This document shows, piece by piece, positions 38,130 through 47,966 of a stretch of 64,000 bases of DNA. Origin of the DNA: Bacteroidota bacterium (GTDB taxonomy: Bacteria; Bacteroidota; Bacteroidia; Chitinophagales; LD1); assembly GCA_947475165.1 (NCBI GenBank), contig CANJLD010000004.1, positions 9,791 to 73,790 of the forward strand, given 5' to 3'. Both the position numbers and the translations under genes were made by a program. The notes beneath the pieces were generated by a model. That model did no database searches. It was not told the origin of the DNA and saw only the letters and a list, made by a program, of their open reading frames with translations. Every line of letters begins with the position of its first letter. Positions within the stretch are counted from its first letter, which is position 1.

Positions 38130-40060
38130 TAGTAAACTTTACGGTAAATATTTCTTCTGATAAACTTCGGTCTGCGCTTGCTCTCTTCCAATATCTTACC
38201 CTGATACTCTCCAAGAACAGAAATGGCCAACATGTTCAATCCGCCAAAAAAGAGAATGAGAACAATGATGGTAGTAATGCCGTGAGGAACATTTCTGAAA
38301 ATAAAATAAGCTGCAACTTGAACGATGATGGCAATGAACGAAAGCAGAGTAAGCGACCAACCCAAATAAGTCATCAACTCCAATGGCACAAAACTGAAAC
38401 TGAAAATGGCTTTGCGTGCCCACGCAATATTCTTGCGCCAGTTGTTGGTAGTAACTCCAAACATTCTTTCGGGGCGGGTGTAATCAACACCGGTTTGCTT
38501 AAAGCCAACCCAAGCACGCAAGCCGCGCATAAACTGGTCGGTTTCGGGTAGCTTCACTAATTCATTCACCACTTTTCTATCCATCAAACTAAAGTCACCT
38601 GCATCGAGTGGAATCGGTACATAGCTTACACTACGGAATAAACGATAGAACATTTTATAAAACGAAACCAATGTTTGATTTCCTTCACGCGCTACTCTTC
38701 TGCCATATACCACATCAAATCCTTTCTGATATTCTGCGTAAAACTGCTCAATCAATTCAGGCGGGTCCTGTAAATCACCATCAAGCAGAATCACACCGTC
38801 ACCGGTAGATATTTCCATGCCCGAAAGAAAAGCCGCCTGCGAACCGAAGTTGCGGGAGTGCTCAATAGCAATAACATGGTCATCATCGTTCACTATCTTC
38901 TGTAAAACTTCGTTTGTGTTATCGGGTGAGCAATCGTTCACGAAAATTATTTCATAGTCGACTGCAATCTTCTGAAATGTTTTCGAGAGCCGCTCATACA
39001 TAAACGGAATTGCCTGTTCGTCTTTATAACAAGCAATAACGGCAGTAAGCTTATGGCGTATTTTATCCTGCACCAACTTCTTTTCATACAGCGGCATTGA
39101 GTACGCTTTCTGCCATTCTGCATTTTTACTCAAGCCTTCTTTAAGCGGAGTCTCGTTCTGCCAGCCAATTAATTCTTTTGCCAGCGAAGAATCGCCATAC
39201 CATTCTTTCAAATCCCATTTGCGGTTGGGCATATCACCCCAATCCGGATTCTTTTCTATACTGAAAATATCTTTGATAGCCGAAGCGATATCGCGAATGG
39301 TCGTTTTATGATTGCTGGCAATGTTCAGTGACTTGCCTCTAATGTTTTGAATATTGGTAGCGGAAAGCAATGTTGCAAGCACCGCATCATCTATGTAAAC
39401 AAAATCACGAGAGATATCGGGCTGCACCAAAGGAGGATACGTCCCCTTCATCCCTTTATCAATCAACTGCGGAATTAATCTATCCGGTTCTTCAAATGCC
39501 CCGTAGATACTATAGTAGCGCAGATTTGCTACCGGAACTTCTTTAATGGTTCCGTAGAATTTTATCATGTGCGCAGCACCAACTTTAGTTACTGCATAAT
39601 GCGAGTTAGGCTGAAGCGGTTCGTCTTCTTTTGGTGCCGATGCATTCAATCCGTATTCCGATGAACTGCCGGCATGAATAAAGGCTTTGATAGCAAACTG
39701 TGAAGAGATTTCCAACAGGTTGAGCAGACCAATAAAATTGGTTTCGTAAATCAAATCAACGTCCGACTGCTTACTGTAAGCACCGTAAGCAGCCAAATCG
39801 AAAATGGTTTTAAAGCGGTGCTCTTTGAAAATATCCTCAACCTGGTTTTTCTTAATGATGTTGCAGTGAAGAATGTGTTTTGGATTAATGTCATCCAGCC
39901 TCCACGGAATAAACGGCTTGCTGGTAACAGCAAAAACATCTTTGCGGTATTCCAGAATACTGCGAAGCAGGTTTGCACCGATAAAACCACCGGCACCAAA
40001 AATTACAATCGGGCCTTCCAGCTTAAGGACTTCTGCCTGTATTTTATAGGGTAAAGACAT
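38129..40060 (-). CDS. fusion protein: extended-SDR NAD-dependent epimerase/decarboxylase-like domain plus GT2 polyprenol-phosphate glycosyltransferase (ArnC/GtrB/DPM1-like) domain
   Basis: 643 aa. The N-terminal half has FGAGGFIGANL, SSSEYG and YAVTK (Y-x3-K). The C-terminal half has FVNDCSPDNT, DGDLQDPPE and two C-terminal TM helices. Confidence 0.75.
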   Translation of the reverse strand: MSLPYKIQAEVLKLEGPIVIFGAGGFIGANLLRSILEYRKDVFAVTSKPFIPWRLDDINPKHILHCNIIKKNQVEDIFKEHRFKTIFDLAAYGAYSKQSDVDLIYETNFIGLLNLLEISSQFAIKAFIHAGSSSEYGLNASAPKEDEPLQPNSHYAVTKVGAAHMIKFYGTIKEVPVANLRYYSIYGAFEEPDRLIPQLIDKGMKGTYPPLVQPDISRDFVYIDDAVLATLLSATNIQNIRGKSLNIASNHKTTIRDIASAIKDIFSIEKNPDWGDMPNRKWDLKEWYGDSSLAKELIGWQNETPLKEGLSKNAEWQKAYSMPLYEKKLVQDKIRHKLTAVIACYKDEQAIPFMYERLSKTFQKIAVDYEIIFVNDCSPDNTNEVLQKIVNDDDHVIAIEHSRNFGSQAAFLSGMEISTGDGVILLDGDLQDPPELIEQFYAEYQKGFDVVYGRRVAREGNQTLVSFYKMFYRLFRSVSYVPIPLDAGDFSLMDRKVVNELVKLPETDQFMRGLRAWVGFKQTGVDYTRPERMFGVTTNNWRKNIAWARKAIFSFSFVPLELMTYLGWSLTLLSFIAIIVQVAAYFIFRNVPHGITTIIVLILFFGGLNMLAISVLGEYQGKILEESKRRPKFIRRNIYRKVY

Positions 40061-40097
40061 GGTGTAAATATGCTGAAATTACGCAGACTCGGAAATC

Positions 40098-40994
40098 TTA
40101 GCCGAGAAAAGCGCTCAGCTCTTTCAGCATTCCTTCTCCGCCTAAATTGTTTTCCGCCTGGTGAAATTTCTGGTCTCCGTATTTGCCGCTCGGGTAACCG
40201 GAGGCAGCGAGTGAATGCATTTTGATATTCGAAGTCAACTGATTCATTAAATGATACGATAGCGTTTCGCGCAATCCGCACTCGCCGTTGTGTTCTTCTA
40301 TCGTAATTAATTTCTGTGTGGCGTTGATAGACGAAACCAATTCACTTGGCAGTTCAACAATCGGGAAGACACTTACAACCCAAACTTCTAAATCATCTGC
40401 AAATTCTGAATTCAGAATATTTTCTGTAACCGGTCCTGTACCTACTACTACTCCTTTAGTTCCATCTTTTATCTTTCTCCATTGCGCAAAGGGCGCCACC
40501 GGATGACTGATTTTCGCGCCCATGTTCAATCGCAGATAGTTCGGACTTTTATCGGCAATCATTTGCTCCACCGCCTGCTCTACATCGCTTACGGTAAAAG
40601 GAACATAAACCCGCATGTTTTGCAGAATGCGCATCGCGCCAATGTCTTCAATATTGTGGTGCGTGGCTCCCATAATGCCGTAGCCGTAGCCGCCACCGTT
40701 GCCCACAATCTTTACAGGCAAGTTATGCAGACAAACATCATTTCTAATTTGCTCGTACGGGCGAAGCGTTACAAAAGGAGAGATGCTGTATATCCACGGA
40801 ATAAAACCTTCGTGAGCCAGTGCCGCAGAAACAGTCACCATGTTTTGCTCGGCTACACCTGCGTTAATAAACTTCTCGCCAAACTTCTCCTGCACTTTCT
40901 CCAAAGCCATATAGCCCAGGTCTCCGGTTATAAAAACGAGGTTCTCGTTTTTATCGAAGGCGTTAATCATACTCTGTGCAAACTCAACTCTCAT
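40098..40994 (-). CDS. transketolase, C-terminal (pyrimidine-binding) subunit
   Basis: 298 aa with FINAGVAEQNMVTVSAALA and GATHHNIEDIGAMR. Its start overlaps the N-terminal subunit gene (ATGA). Confidence 0.8.
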   Translation of the reverse strand: MRVEFAQSMINAFDKNENLVFITGDLGYMALEKVQEKFGEKFINAGVAEQNMVTVSAALAHEGFIPWIYSISPFVTLRPYEQIRNDVCLHNLPVKIVGNGGGYGYGIMGATHHNIEDIGAMRILQNMRVYVPFTVSDVEQAVEQMIADKSPNYLRLNMGAKISHPVAPFAQWRKIKDGTKGVVVGTGPVTENILNSEFADDLEVWVVSVFPIVELPSELVSSINATQKLITIEEHNGECGLRETLSYHLMNQLTSNIKMHSLAASGYPSGKYGDQKFHQAENNLGGEGMLKELSAFLG

Positions 40995-41812
40995 CCTATG
41001 GCTGTAAGTCTTTTTTCAAAATCGTTTTTCACTTCTTCTGTAATCAAACTGTATTGGTCATCCTTCATCGGTAAGTAATGACAGTCAACTTTATCTTCAT
41101 AAGTTTTCCAGCCATGTCCTTTAGTTGTGTTGCATATAATTGCTGTAGGAACTTTTAGCTTTTCACTTTCCACTTTTGCCTTCTCTAACGCTTCAAAATC
41201 ATGTCCGTCAGCAATCAAAACATTAAACCCAAACGCCTCCAGCTTCTTATCCAACGGTTCCAACCCCATCACATCCTCTGTTCTTCCGTAACCCTGTAAT
41301 TTATTGCGGTCAATCAACCACACCACATTGTTCAGCTTATGATGCGCAATAAACAACGCTGCTTCCCAGGTACTGCCTTCATTAATTTCTCCATCGCTGG
41401 TTATACAGAAAACCTTCTTGTCTTTCTTCTTCAGCTTTTGTGCAAGTCCTAATCCTGCCGCAAGCGACAGCCCGTGCCCGAGGCTACCGGTAGCAAAAGG
41501 AATGCGCTTAATTTTATTCACCGGTGGATGTGCCGCGAGGTGTGTTCCGTTCTTATAAAAAGTTTTGATATCCTCTTCGCTCAACGTGCCGTCTTCGGCA
41601 AGCATCGAGTAAAGCGCGGCCGCTGCATGGCCCTTGCTTAAAATAATTTCATCGTCCTCCTTCATCCAGCCAAAACGCACAAAGGTCAGCATCTCCGCCA
41701 CGCTCAGCGAGCAGCCTACATGACCGGCATTCGCCTGTTTATACATGCCCAGAAAACGGTTCTTGATGTTCAGCGCCCCAAAAAGGAGCATTCTATGTGT
41801 GGCTTTATCCAT
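40991..41812 (-). CDS. transketolase, N-terminal (thiamine-diphosphate-binding) subunit
   Basis: 273 aa with GHVGCSLS, LSKGHAAAALY, GSLGHGLS and TSDGEINEGSTWEA. Confidence 0.8.
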   Translation of the reverse strand: MDKATHRMLLFGALNIKNRFLGMYKQANAGHVGCSLSVAEMLTFVRFGWMKEDDEIILSKGHAAAALYSMLAEDGTLSEEDIKTFYKNGTHLAAHPPVNKIKRIPFATGSLGHGLSLAAGLGLAQKLKKKDKKVFCITSDGEINEGSTWEAALFIAHHKLNNVVWLIDRNKLQGYGRTEDVMGLEPLDKKLEAFGFNVLIADGHDFEALEKAKVESEKLKVPTAIICNTTKGHGWKTYEDKVDCHYLPMKDDQYSLITEEVKNDFEKRLTAIG

Positions 41813-41824
41813 CGGCGCGCAATA

Positions 41825-42334
41825 TTAAATTATTTCCCCGCGCTTGCCCAACTCCACCACCTCCAGGTTCTCAATCTTCTTATCGTTCAGCGTAAACCGC
41901 AGCACCGTCTTCATTTTATGGAAACCATGCACACCCGCAGCACCGGGGTTCATCACCACCATGTTGTTGTATTTCGCATCGCGCATCACCTTCAAAATGT
42001 GCGAGTGCCCGCAGATAAAAATATCGGGCATCACCTCCTCAATCTGCCTGCGCGCCTTGGGCTCGTAGTTGTTGGGGTAGCCGCCAATATGCGTCATCAA
42101 TATTTTAAAACCCTCGCGCTCCAACACCAGGTTCAGCTGATAATCCATGCGGATATCCTTGTTGTCAATGTTACCATAAACGGCAAAAAAGGGTTTGAAA
42201 TTTTTCAGCTCATCGCACAGCTCAATGGTTCCCAAATCACCGGCATGCCATATTTCGTCAACGTCTTTAAACACCTCGAAAACTTTTTTGTCGAGGTAGC
42301 TGTGGGTGTCGCTGATGAGGCCGATTTTTATCAT
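41825..42334 (-). CDS. metallophosphoesterase (YfcE/MJ0936 family)
   Basis: MIKIGLISDTHSY, WHAGDLG, GNID and CGHSH motifs. The start is trimmed from the track ORF (42415) to the Met preceding the DxH motif. Confidence 0.75.
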   Translation of the reverse strand: MIKIGLISDTHSYLDKKVFEVFKDVDEIWHAGDLGTIELCDELKNFKPFFAVYGNIDNKDIRMDYQLNLVLEREGFKILMTHIGGYPNNYEPKARRQIEEVMPDIFICGHSHILKVMRDAKYNNMVVMNPGAAGVHGFHKMKTVLRFTLNDKKIENLEVVELGKRGEII

Positions 42335-42442
42335 AAGGGACGAATTTAAGAAACCAAGATTTCCAAGTATAATTTTATAAATAGGTATAAAATCTAAATT
42401 CGCTGTTGTATTCAATCCAAAACCACATTTCTAAAATCTAAA

Positions 42443-44251
42443 ATGTCTATGGCAGTAAAATCAAATCTTACCGGTGGAGCTTTTTTATTTAAAGACACCA
42501 ACACTGCCGATGTTTTTATTCCCGAAGAATTCACCGAAGAGCAGCACATGGTGCACGCTACGGTAAAAAATTTTATGATTAAGGAAGTGCATGGGCTGGG
42601 TATTGGCAGAGTGGCGAGTCTTGATGCAGAAAAAGATAAAGACTTGGTGTTGGAGATATTCCATAAAGCTTCTGCACTCGGTTTCAGTGGAGTATCGGTA
42701 GAAGAGAAATACGGTGGCGGAGGTTTGGATTTTAATACCGCTCTTTATTTTACCGAAGGCTTAGCCGGTGGCTTTTCTTTTGCCACTACTATCGGTTGTC
42801 AAACTTCAATCGGCTCATTACCCATTGCCTGGTATGGCACCGAAGAACAAAAAGCAAAATACCTACCGGGCATTGCCAGCGGAGAAAAAGGATGTTCGTA
42901 TTGTTTGACAGAACCGAGTGCCGGATCTGATGCTAACAGTGGAAAGACTCGTGCTGTATTAAATGAAGAAGGCACACATTACATTTTGAACGGACAAAAA
43001 ATGTGGATTACCAACGGTGGCTTTGCCGAAATATTTACGGTGTTCGCTAAAATTGATAACGATGAAAAGCTTTCAGCATTCATTGTAGAAAAAGCATTTG
43101 GAGGAATATCGCTAGGGAAAGAAGAAAAGAAGATGGGGATTAAAGCATCGAGCACAGTGCAGGTGTTCTTCAACAATGTAAAAATTCCGAAAGAGAATTT
43201 GTTAGGCGAGCGCGGAAAGGGCTTTAATATGGCGTTGAACATTTTGAACAGCGGAAGAATAAAAATTGCAGCTGGTGGGGTAGGAGGAATGAAGTTTGGT
43301 TTAGATAGAACTGTAGATTATTGCAATACAAGAATTCAGTTCAATAAACCTATTGCCGATTTTGGAGCAATGAAACAGAAGCTCGGAGTTATTGCTACTA
43401 ATATTTTTGCCATTGAATCTGGAGTTTACCGCGTAGGTGCCGATGTAGATAAAAAGCGCGAAGAACTTTTAAAGAGCGGCAGCAGCGGAAATGATTCGGA
43501 AATAAACTCGATGCGCGAATACGCTATTGAATGTGCTGTATTAAAAGTATTAGGCAGCGAAGCCATGTGCAACACCGGTGATGAAGCCATTCAGATTTTC
43601 GGAGGAATGGGTTACAGTATGGAGACCGGTGTGGAGATGGCTTACCGCGATGCACGTATCACAAAAATTTACGAAGGTACGAACGAGATTAACCGGATGC
43701 TTACACTGGCTGAGTTTTATAAACGCGCTTTTGTTACTAAGGAGTTGGAATTAAAAGACGCAAAATCGTTTGTTCCTTCGGTTGTTTTCAAAAACTATGT
43801 TCCGTTCACCGGTAGTGGTTTTTTAGGAACTGAGTTCGAATTCGTGAACAACCTGAAAAGCATCTTCCTGATTATTACCGGTGCGGCAGGTGCCAAGCTG
43901 AAAGAGAAATTGGTTGACGAACAGGAGATAGTAATGAACCTGGCAGATATTCTTTCTATGGCTTTTGTTACCGAGTCGGCTTTTCTGCGCGTAAAAAAGT
44001 TGAGCGAGAAAGGGATCAACAAAACCGAACTCGACATTAAAACCAAAATGGCGCAGTTGTATTTATACGATGCGTTAGACACAGCACGCAAGTCAGCCAA
44101 CAATGCAATTGATAGTTACGCGAAAGGCGCAGAGAAGGCTCTCTTAAAATCTTTAATGCGCAGAATGTTGAGGACTTATAACATCAACCCGAAAGATGTA
44201 AGAAGAGAAGTGGCTGATTTTATGATTAAGCAGAACGGGTATTATTTCTGA
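42443..44251 (+). CDS. acyl-CoA dehydrogenase family protein (long form with C-terminal helical extension)
   Basis: 602 aa with CLTEPSAGSDA, QIFGGMGY and ARITKIYEGTNEI. Confidence 0.85.
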   Translation: MSMAVKSNLTGGAFLFKDTNTADVFIPEEFTEEQHMVHATVKNFMIKEVHGLGIGRVASLDAEKDKDLVLEIFHKASALGFSGVSVEEKYGGGGLDFNTALYFTEGLAGGFSFATTIGCQTSIGSLPIAWYGTEEQKAKYLPGIASGEKGCSYCLTEPSAGSDANSGKTRAVLNEEGTHYILNGQKMWITNGGFAEIFTVFAKIDNDEKLSAFIVEKAFGGISLGKEEKKMGIKASSTVQVFFNNVKIPKENLLGERGKGFNMALNILNSGRIKIAAGGVGGMKFGLDRTVDYCNTRIQFNKPIADFGAMKQKLGVIATNIFAIESGVYRVGADVDKKREELLKSGSSGNDSEINSMREYAIECAVLKVLGSEAMCNTGDEAIQIFGGMGYSMETGVEMAYRDARITKIYEGTNEINRMLTLAEFYKRAFVTKELELKDAKSFVPSVVFKNYVPFTGSGFLGTEFEFVNNLKSIFLIITGAAGAKLKEKLVDEQEIVMNLADILSMAFVTESAFLRVKKLSEKGINKTELDIKTKMAQLYLYDALDTARKSANNAIDSYAKGAEKALLKSLMRRMLRTYNINPKDVRREVADFMIKQNGYYF

Positions 44252-44257
44252 TAAAGC

Positions 44258-44293
44258 AGATCTGCCAGGTTTTAGAAACCTGGCAGGTCTTTT
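44258..44293 (+). terminator. rho-independent terminator after the acyl-CoA dehydrogenase gene
   Basis: 14-bp stem with one mismatch (agatctgccaggtt / aacctggcaggtct) followed by tttt. Confidence 0.7.
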
Positions 44294-44298
44294 CCTAA

Positions 44299-44661
44299 TT
44301 ACCTTAGTAGTACAAACACCAAAGCAATAATTGCTGGAACTGCCTGCACAAAAAATATCTTCTTATCAGCAGTAAACGCTCCGTAAATACCGGCAACAAT
44401 TACACAGCCTAAAAAGAAGATAGCAACGTTGCCGCTCCACACAGCATCGGTTATCGTCAACGACCAGATTAAGCCCGCTGATAAAAAACCATTATACAAT
44501 CCTTGGTTTGCTGCCAACGAAGTTGTTTGTGCAAACAGTTCTTTTGGGAATGATTTGAAGACTTTTGGTGCGCGTGTGGTCCACGCAAACATTTCTAACC
44601 ATAGAATATAGAGATGCTCTACGGCTACTAACCCAATCAGTATTTCAGAAATTAATTTCAT
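44299..44661 (-). CDS. DUF1304 family membrane protein
   Basis: 120 aa with four TM helices and the motifs HLYILWLEMFAWT and ANQGLYNGFLSAGLIW. Confidence 0.7.
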   Translation of the reverse strand: MKLISEILIGLVAVEHLYILWLEMFAWTTRAPKVFKSFPKELFAQTTSLAANQGLYNGFLSAGLIWSLTITDAVWSGNVAIFFLGCVIVAGIYGAFTADKKIFFVQAVPAIIALVFVLLR

Positions 44662-44839
44662 AGTGGGAATATTATTCTGCTAAGGTAATTTTTAAAACGC
44701 TGTTTGTTTAATATCAGTGAGTTACGCATCATTCTTCGTTCTTCATTATCATTTCGCATTTAAAATTGAATTGATTGCGCCTATGCTGTGGTGCATGTTT
44801 GCATCATCAAATCATTGTTCATCACTTAAAACAAACAAC

Positions 44840-46213
44840 ATGAAAACTATTGCAAAAATTTCAAATGCAGTTCTGGCTCTTGTAGCATTAGTAACAGTTA
44901 GCAGTTGCCATTTAGATGGTAACGAGTTAAACCGTATTTGCAACGAGCCAACCGTTGGCGTAAACACCACCGAACAGGGAGACGATGTAGACGGACTTTG
45001 CGATGGGACAATTTCCTGCACTATCCGCAAAGCCATCTATACCGCCAATCACTCCTGTGTTACTAAAACTATTGTGCTGGGTACCGGTGTTAAGTATACC
45101 ATAACAACACACGAAACCGGTCACGATGCAGCTTCATCTGAAGCAACTGTTGGCCTTATGGCATTTCCTCCTATTACTGGAGATGTGATTATAGAAGGTA
45201 ACGGAGCAATTATTGAGCGTGATACCGCGGCTACTGATTTATTCCGTCTGTTCTATGTAAAAGCCGGTGGTAAACTCACCTTGCGCAACGTAACTATACA
45301 AGGTGGTAGAGCCGGAGAGTTTGGCGCCTCAACCACAAATGAAGAAGCACGCGGAGGTGCTTTATTGAACGAAGGTGAACTGGTTTTAGAGAATGCTTCC
45401 TTCTCTTATAATAAGGCATGGGATGAAGGAGGGGCAGTATACAATAAAGGAACGCTGATAACGGCTAGCTCTGCTTTTAAGTATAACCATGCAAATGGAA
45501 CGGGAGGAACCAATAGTTCATCTGGCGGAGCTATCTTTTCAAACGGTGCAGCCACTTTAAATAGCACCTGGTTTTTTGAAAACAACGGAGGTGGCAGAGA
45601 AGGAGGCGCACTTGCATTTGAAAGTTCTTTTGTAGTAAATAACTGCCTGTTTGAAAGGAACACCAGTTCATCGGGAGGCTTTGCGGTATATTCAAATTCG
45701 TCATTTTCTTCTGCTTCAGGCAGTATAACCAACTGCACTTTCTATCAGAACTATAGTTCAGGTCAGGATAATGGTGTAATAGCAATGACCGGCGCGGGCA
45801 CTTTAAACATTGCTTTTTGCACCTTTAGTCATAACTTAAATGGGGGACAGTTTGGCAATTGTCTGTATCTTACTACCCCTTCAATTGCTAACGTTAGCAA
45901 CTGTATTTTCGATGCCAACCTGCCTCATAATATATTTCCGGAACCGGTAATTACTTTTTCCGGCACTACTATTTCAAACGATAATTCAGTCACTACAATC
46001 AGCCATCCAAGCACTAATCCGATGTTAGGACCGCTTGAAATGCACAGTGGTTTTACCAAAACAATGGTGCCGCTTACCGGTAGCCCGGCAATTGATGCCG
46101 TTGCAGATTGCGGAACAACTACTACCGACCAACGCGGAAATACGCGTCCCTTAGACGGAAATGGAGACGGTATTTCGAGAGGCGATGCAGGAGCGGTTGA
46201 AGTAAATCCATAA
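44840..46213 (+). CDS. lipoprotein with parallel beta-helix / polymorphic-membrane-protein-like repeats and choice-of-anchor Q-like C-terminus
   Basis: Lipoprotein signal MKTIAKISNAVLALVALVTVSSC, repeated GGA[LVI]...N motifs, and C-terminal TDQRGNTRPLDGNGDGISRGDAGAVE. The start is trimmed from 44717. Confidence 0.65.
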   Translation: MKTIAKISNAVLALVALVTVSSCHLDGNELNRICNEPTVGVNTTEQGDDVDGLCDGTISCTIRKAIYTANHSCVTKTIVLGTGVKYTITTHETGHDAASSEATVGLMAFPPITGDVIIEGNGAIIERDTAATDLFRLFYVKAGGKLTLRNVTIQGGRAGEFGASTTNEEARGGALLNEGELVLENASFSYNKAWDEGGAVYNKGTLITASSAFKYNHANGTGGTNSSSGGAIFSNGAATLNSTWFFENNGGGREGGALAFESSFVVNNCLFERNTSSSGGFAVYSNSSFSSASGSITNCTFYQNYSSGQDNGVIAMTGAGTLNIAFCTFSHNLNGGQFGNCLYLTTPSIANVSNCIFDANLPHNIFPEPVITFSGTTISNDNSVTTISHPSTNPMLGPLEMHSGFTKTMVPLTGSPAIDAVADCGTTTTDQRGNTRPLDGNGDGISRGDAGAVEVNP

Positions 46214-46265
46214 TTAATAAAGCAACTGGTGAGGAACACCGGTTATAAAATATAGGAAATAACCG

Positions 46266-46303
46266 GAAAGGCGAATGAAGGAATCATTCGCCTTTCTTTT
46301 TTT
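46266..46303 (+). terminator. rho-independent terminator whose 3' arm contains the stop codon of the convergent gene
   Basis: gaaaggcgaatga-aggaa-tcattcgcctttc followed by ttttttt. The last codons of the minus-strand ORF 46284..47813 (..KKKGE*) lie inside the 3' arm and T-run. Confidence 0.6.
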
Positions 46304-47813
46304 GTGCGGCTGCAAACACATGTATTTTTTGGTTCGCCAGTTTGGCATCTAAAAAACTCTGCACTATAGGAAGCAAAGCCAAATGTTGACGGTTTGAAGC
46401 ATTGCCACCGGAAGCATCCAATTCTTCTTTCAATTTTTGAATTTCTTTTTTATGCTGAGAGTAGTCCTGCATTTCAGAAATCTTTTTGAAAACATGCATG
46501 AGCGTACTTTCAAATTCGCCTTTGTATTGGTTGCGCAAAAAATAGCGGTAAACATTCTGAATAGTATTGTTCACGTAAAGCATATTACCCATTTCAAGGT
46601 GGCAGATAAACTCATACACATACAACATCAGCAGCGCATCCATCCGTATTCCTGAATCGTAATTGGTCAAAAAATCTTCGCTCACGTCAATAGCGGTTTC
46701 GTATTCGCCATACTCAACAAAGGCCGAGATTGTTGTAATGGTAATTGCCAAGCGCACATCGGGGCGTAACCGGTTTTTGAATTGTTTCAGATGCGAAACC
46801 GTTTCGTGCAAAAGTTCTTTCAGTTGTTTTTCATTGCGCTTAAAATCGAAAAGTGTAATGGCGAGTTGGGTGTAATAAGTGAACTGCGCCATTGTTTCTG
46901 TATGATTGTTTACCGCGATTACTTTCAGTTCGTTCAGATACTTTTCAAGTTCTTTCCATTGTTGCGTGTAGTAACACGCCTGCGTTAATTGAGAATAAGC
47001 CCAAAGCACGCGCATCATCGGAAATTTTTCGATGCCTTCCTTTTTTAAGTATTCAGTCAACGTTTTAGCTTCTGCAAAAAAATCTTTCCAGTTATTGAAG
47101 ATTTGAAAGTGATGTAGACGAATTGTGTGAAAGATAAAACACGAGTCTCTGCTGTCAGCAAGTTTTTTCTGCTGAACAATTTTCTGATTGAAAATTTCGT
47201 TCAGTGCTTTTAAATCTTCATCGCTACGCGCCTGCATGGCTTTGCGCATTACACGTAATTGTTGAACAAGCAATGCATCGTATTCGTGGTAGCGTTGCAT
47301 TTGTGCCAGCAAAACTCCGCGTTGCTCTACCCAGTTGTTCAATTCGCTGAACTCATTTTTCTTATCTGATAGAAACTGGTTTGAGGCATAGTGAATGTTT
47401 CTGCTTAAGGCATTCCATTTTTCAATAAATGAACCTTCGTTGGAAGTATTCTTTGCTAAACGCACGGAAAGTTTAAGTGCCTCTTCGTCTAAGCCTCTGT
47501 CTTCAAGCAAACTTATTTTGGCAGATTCATAAGATGTATCAAAGCCCTTAATTCTTTCTTTGTTGTACCACAACAGCGTATCAAGTAGTAATTCGTAGAG
47601 GTATGTTTTGAGATGCGAAATCTGCTTATCAAGTTTCACACGTTTCAGGCGGTTGATGATTTTTTCTTCGTCAAATTCATCCAGCGCATCTATTATTTCA
47701 AAAAGCGTTTCAGTATTACTCTTCCCTTTCGACTCATCTTTTAACCCGAAACGCCTGAAGTATTTCTTCTCGTTGGCGTCTAAACTCTTAATTAAATGAT
47801 AGAGTTCCTGCAT
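46284..47813 (-). CDS. hypothetical all-alpha protein (509 aa), conserved-looking Bacteroidota N-terminus
   Basis: N-terminus MQELYHLIKSLDANEKKYFRRFG...ETLFEIIDALDEFDEEKI...LKTYLYELLLDTLLWY. No signal peptide and no catalytic motif. Confidence 0.7.
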   Translation of the reverse strand: MQELYHLIKSLDANEKKYFRRFGLKDESKGKSNTETLFEIIDALDEFDEEKIINRLKRVKLDKQISHLKTYLYELLLDTLLWYNKERIKGFDTSYESAKISLLEDRGLDEEALKLSVRLAKNTSNEGSFIEKWNALSRNIHYASNQFLSDKKNEFSELNNWVEQRGVLLAQMQRYHEYDALLVQQLRVMRKAMQARSDEDLKALNEIFNQKIVQQKKLADSRDSCFIFHTIRLHHFQIFNNWKDFFAEAKTLTEYLKKEGIEKFPMMRVLWAYSQLTQACYYTQQWKELEKYLNELKVIAVNNHTETMAQFTYYTQLAITLFDFKRNEKQLKELLHETVSHLKQFKNRLRPDVRLAITITTISAFVEYGEYETAIDVSEDFLTNYDSGIRMDALLMLYVYEFICHLEMGNMLYVNNTIQNVYRYFLRNQYKGEFESTLMHVFKKISEMQDYSQHKKEIQKLKEELDASGGNASNRQHLALLPIVQSFLDAKLANQKIHVFAAAQKKKGE

Positions 47814-47966
47814 TTATCTATGCTCTGTAACTAATTGATTTTAAAATAGGTAAGTCAAATATATGCTTTTGCAGTATTAAATGTATTCTAAAGTTGAATT
47901 GGTTTCGTTTACAGTACATTGCATATTTGCATTGTAAAATATTTTAAAAACATAAAAACAGAAACA

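Noticed and set aside
40482-42349. Plus-strand ORFs 40482..41078 (198 aa), 41720..42349 (209 aa) and 41844..42068
   Set aside because: They are antisense to the transketolase subunits and the metallophosphoesterase. Their His/Arg-rich composition is typical of shadow frames.
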